Origin: Gouania willdenowi
Lineage: Eukaryota
NCBI RefSeq assembly: GCF_900634775.1
Contig: NC_041060.1
Coordinates: 14,597,051-14,661,050, forward strand
Direction of reading: 5' to 3'
DNA length: 64,000 nt
Below are positions 63,904 through 64,000 of the stretch, in pieces. Within the stretch, counting starts at the first letter, position 1, and each line of letters opens with the position of its first letter. The notes under the pieces are model-generated. The model was not told the DNA's origin, searched no databases, and worked only from the letters and a program-made list of their open reading frames with translations. The position numbers and the translations under genes are program-made.

Positions 63904-64000
63904 TAACGGATTACAAGTACTCACATTACTGTAGTTGAGTTGCTTTTATGGGTACTTTTCTAAATCAGTAATATTACTTGTACTTAAGTATGTTTTAAAA

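Overview
This window is vertebrate (teleost-type) nuclear DNA, not prokaryotic. There are no CRISPR arrays, operons or prokaryotic defence systems. It covers a compacted version of the human 1q31 neighbourhood.

1. CDC73/parafibromin lies on the + strand as 17 coding exons from 1051 to 23874. A single-exon beta-1,3-galactosyltransferase 2 gene (B3GALT2) is nested antisense in CDC73 intron 10.
2. A degenerate DIRS-like tyrosine-recombinase retrotransposon lies downstream at about 25.4-29.8 kb. It has inverted terminal repeats.
3. From 31.8 to 55.9 kb there is a tandem segmental duplication, unit A at about 10.7 kb and unit B at about 13.3 kb. Each unit carries a complement factor H / F13B-family gene copy built from sushi (CCP) exons behind a signal-peptide exon.
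4. Copy A lacks three CCP exons by a clean 1.85 kb deletion, a CFHR-like truncation. Further decayed sushi exons sit upstream of each copy.
5. ZBTB41 (BTB/POZ plus many C2H2 zinc fingers) lies on the - strand from 62540 down to 53522. The duplication breakpoint falls inside its 3' end. Exon 8 therefore has a nonsense-bearing pseudo-copy in unit A, and the terminal exon is missing from unit A.
6. The rest is repeat-rich: MITE families, a palindromic foldback element, tRNA-derived SINEs (one B-specific with a 12-bp target-site duplication), a LINE fragment and microsatellites.

The most interesting signals are all on the vertebrate side: fast, entirely nonsynonymous divergence of the paralogous CCP exons, and a CFH to CFHR-like locus dynamic that parallels the human one independently.

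Exon coordinates were derived by hand from splice motifs and reading-frame continuity. Some may be off by a base, and a few boundaries are flagged as uncertain.
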